Source: Macrostomum lignano
Taxonomy: Eukaryota
Length of the DNA stretch: 64,000 nt
Assembly (NCBI GenBank): GCA_002269645.1
Contig: NIVC01000406.1
Location: forward strand, 446,724 to 510,723
Reading direction: 5' to 3'
The notes beneath the pieces are model-generated. The model was not told the origin of the DNA. It ran no database searches and saw only the letters and a program-made list of their open reading frames with translations. Numbering within the stretch: position 1 is the first letter of the stretch; each line of letters opens with the position of its first letter. The position numbers and the translations under genes are program-made. This document shows, in pieces, positions 63,607 through 64,000 of this stretch.

Positions 63607-64000
63607 ATATTTAGCATTTGACTATTTAGGCCCTTTTTGCAGAATTCTCCCTATAAAATAGCTTTTTAAAGAGTATAGGCTATGGCTAATGGCTATATAG
63701 TAAAGTATAGCATTGCTTTGTATAATGTCTAACATATATAAAAGTACCATATTAGGATCCATTTTTAAGACATAATAAACTTGTGCATAAGTTGTATATA
63801 AAACATTAATATTGTGGCAAAGTTACATGTCTAATGAAAAGCATAATTAAGAATGTAAGTGCTATTATTTTTTGTTATGCAACATGTTTCACCTCTAAAA
63901 CATGCAATTTGCCATGCAATTTGCCATGCCAAGTATGTTGTATAACAAAAAATGATAATGCTCACATTCTTAATAAAATAATAAATATAACTGTCTTATA

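Overview
Eukaryotic (animal) genomic DNA: GC3-rich exons, short GT-AG introns and a very high density of unrelated minisatellites. This style resembles a free-living flatworm such as Macrostomum (inference only). No prokaryotic features, CRISPR arrays, rRNA or tRNA genes were seen. Reconstructed genes: two orphan ORFs (3.2-6.3 kb); a multi-exon class I SAM-methyltransferase-like gene (7.1-11.1 kb); a tubulin glycylase TTLL3/8 (14.4-19.9 kb); a shortened NCS-type EF-hand protein (24.8 kb); an intronless MGC-acylated globin X-like gene (34.5-35.1 kb); a ZNF474-like C2HC zinc-finger gene whose start codon lies inside a perfect RFX X-box and which appears to translate a 39-bp minisatellite (38.8-44.2 kb); a CNBD2-like gene (45.9-49.5 kb); and three tandem intronless TPMT copies, the middle one a pseudogene (50.3-54.0 kb). 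Mobile DNA: a small MITE, a decayed piggyBac with unusually long (~690 bp) inverted ends, and a 54-64 kb transposon island (foldback MULE, intact intron-containing hAT, mariner-type MITE, Charlie-type MITE) set in an almost CpG-free matrix. Three otherwise intact host genes each carry a single -1 frameshift, which suggests assembly indel errors. All coordinates, alignments and counts were made by eye.
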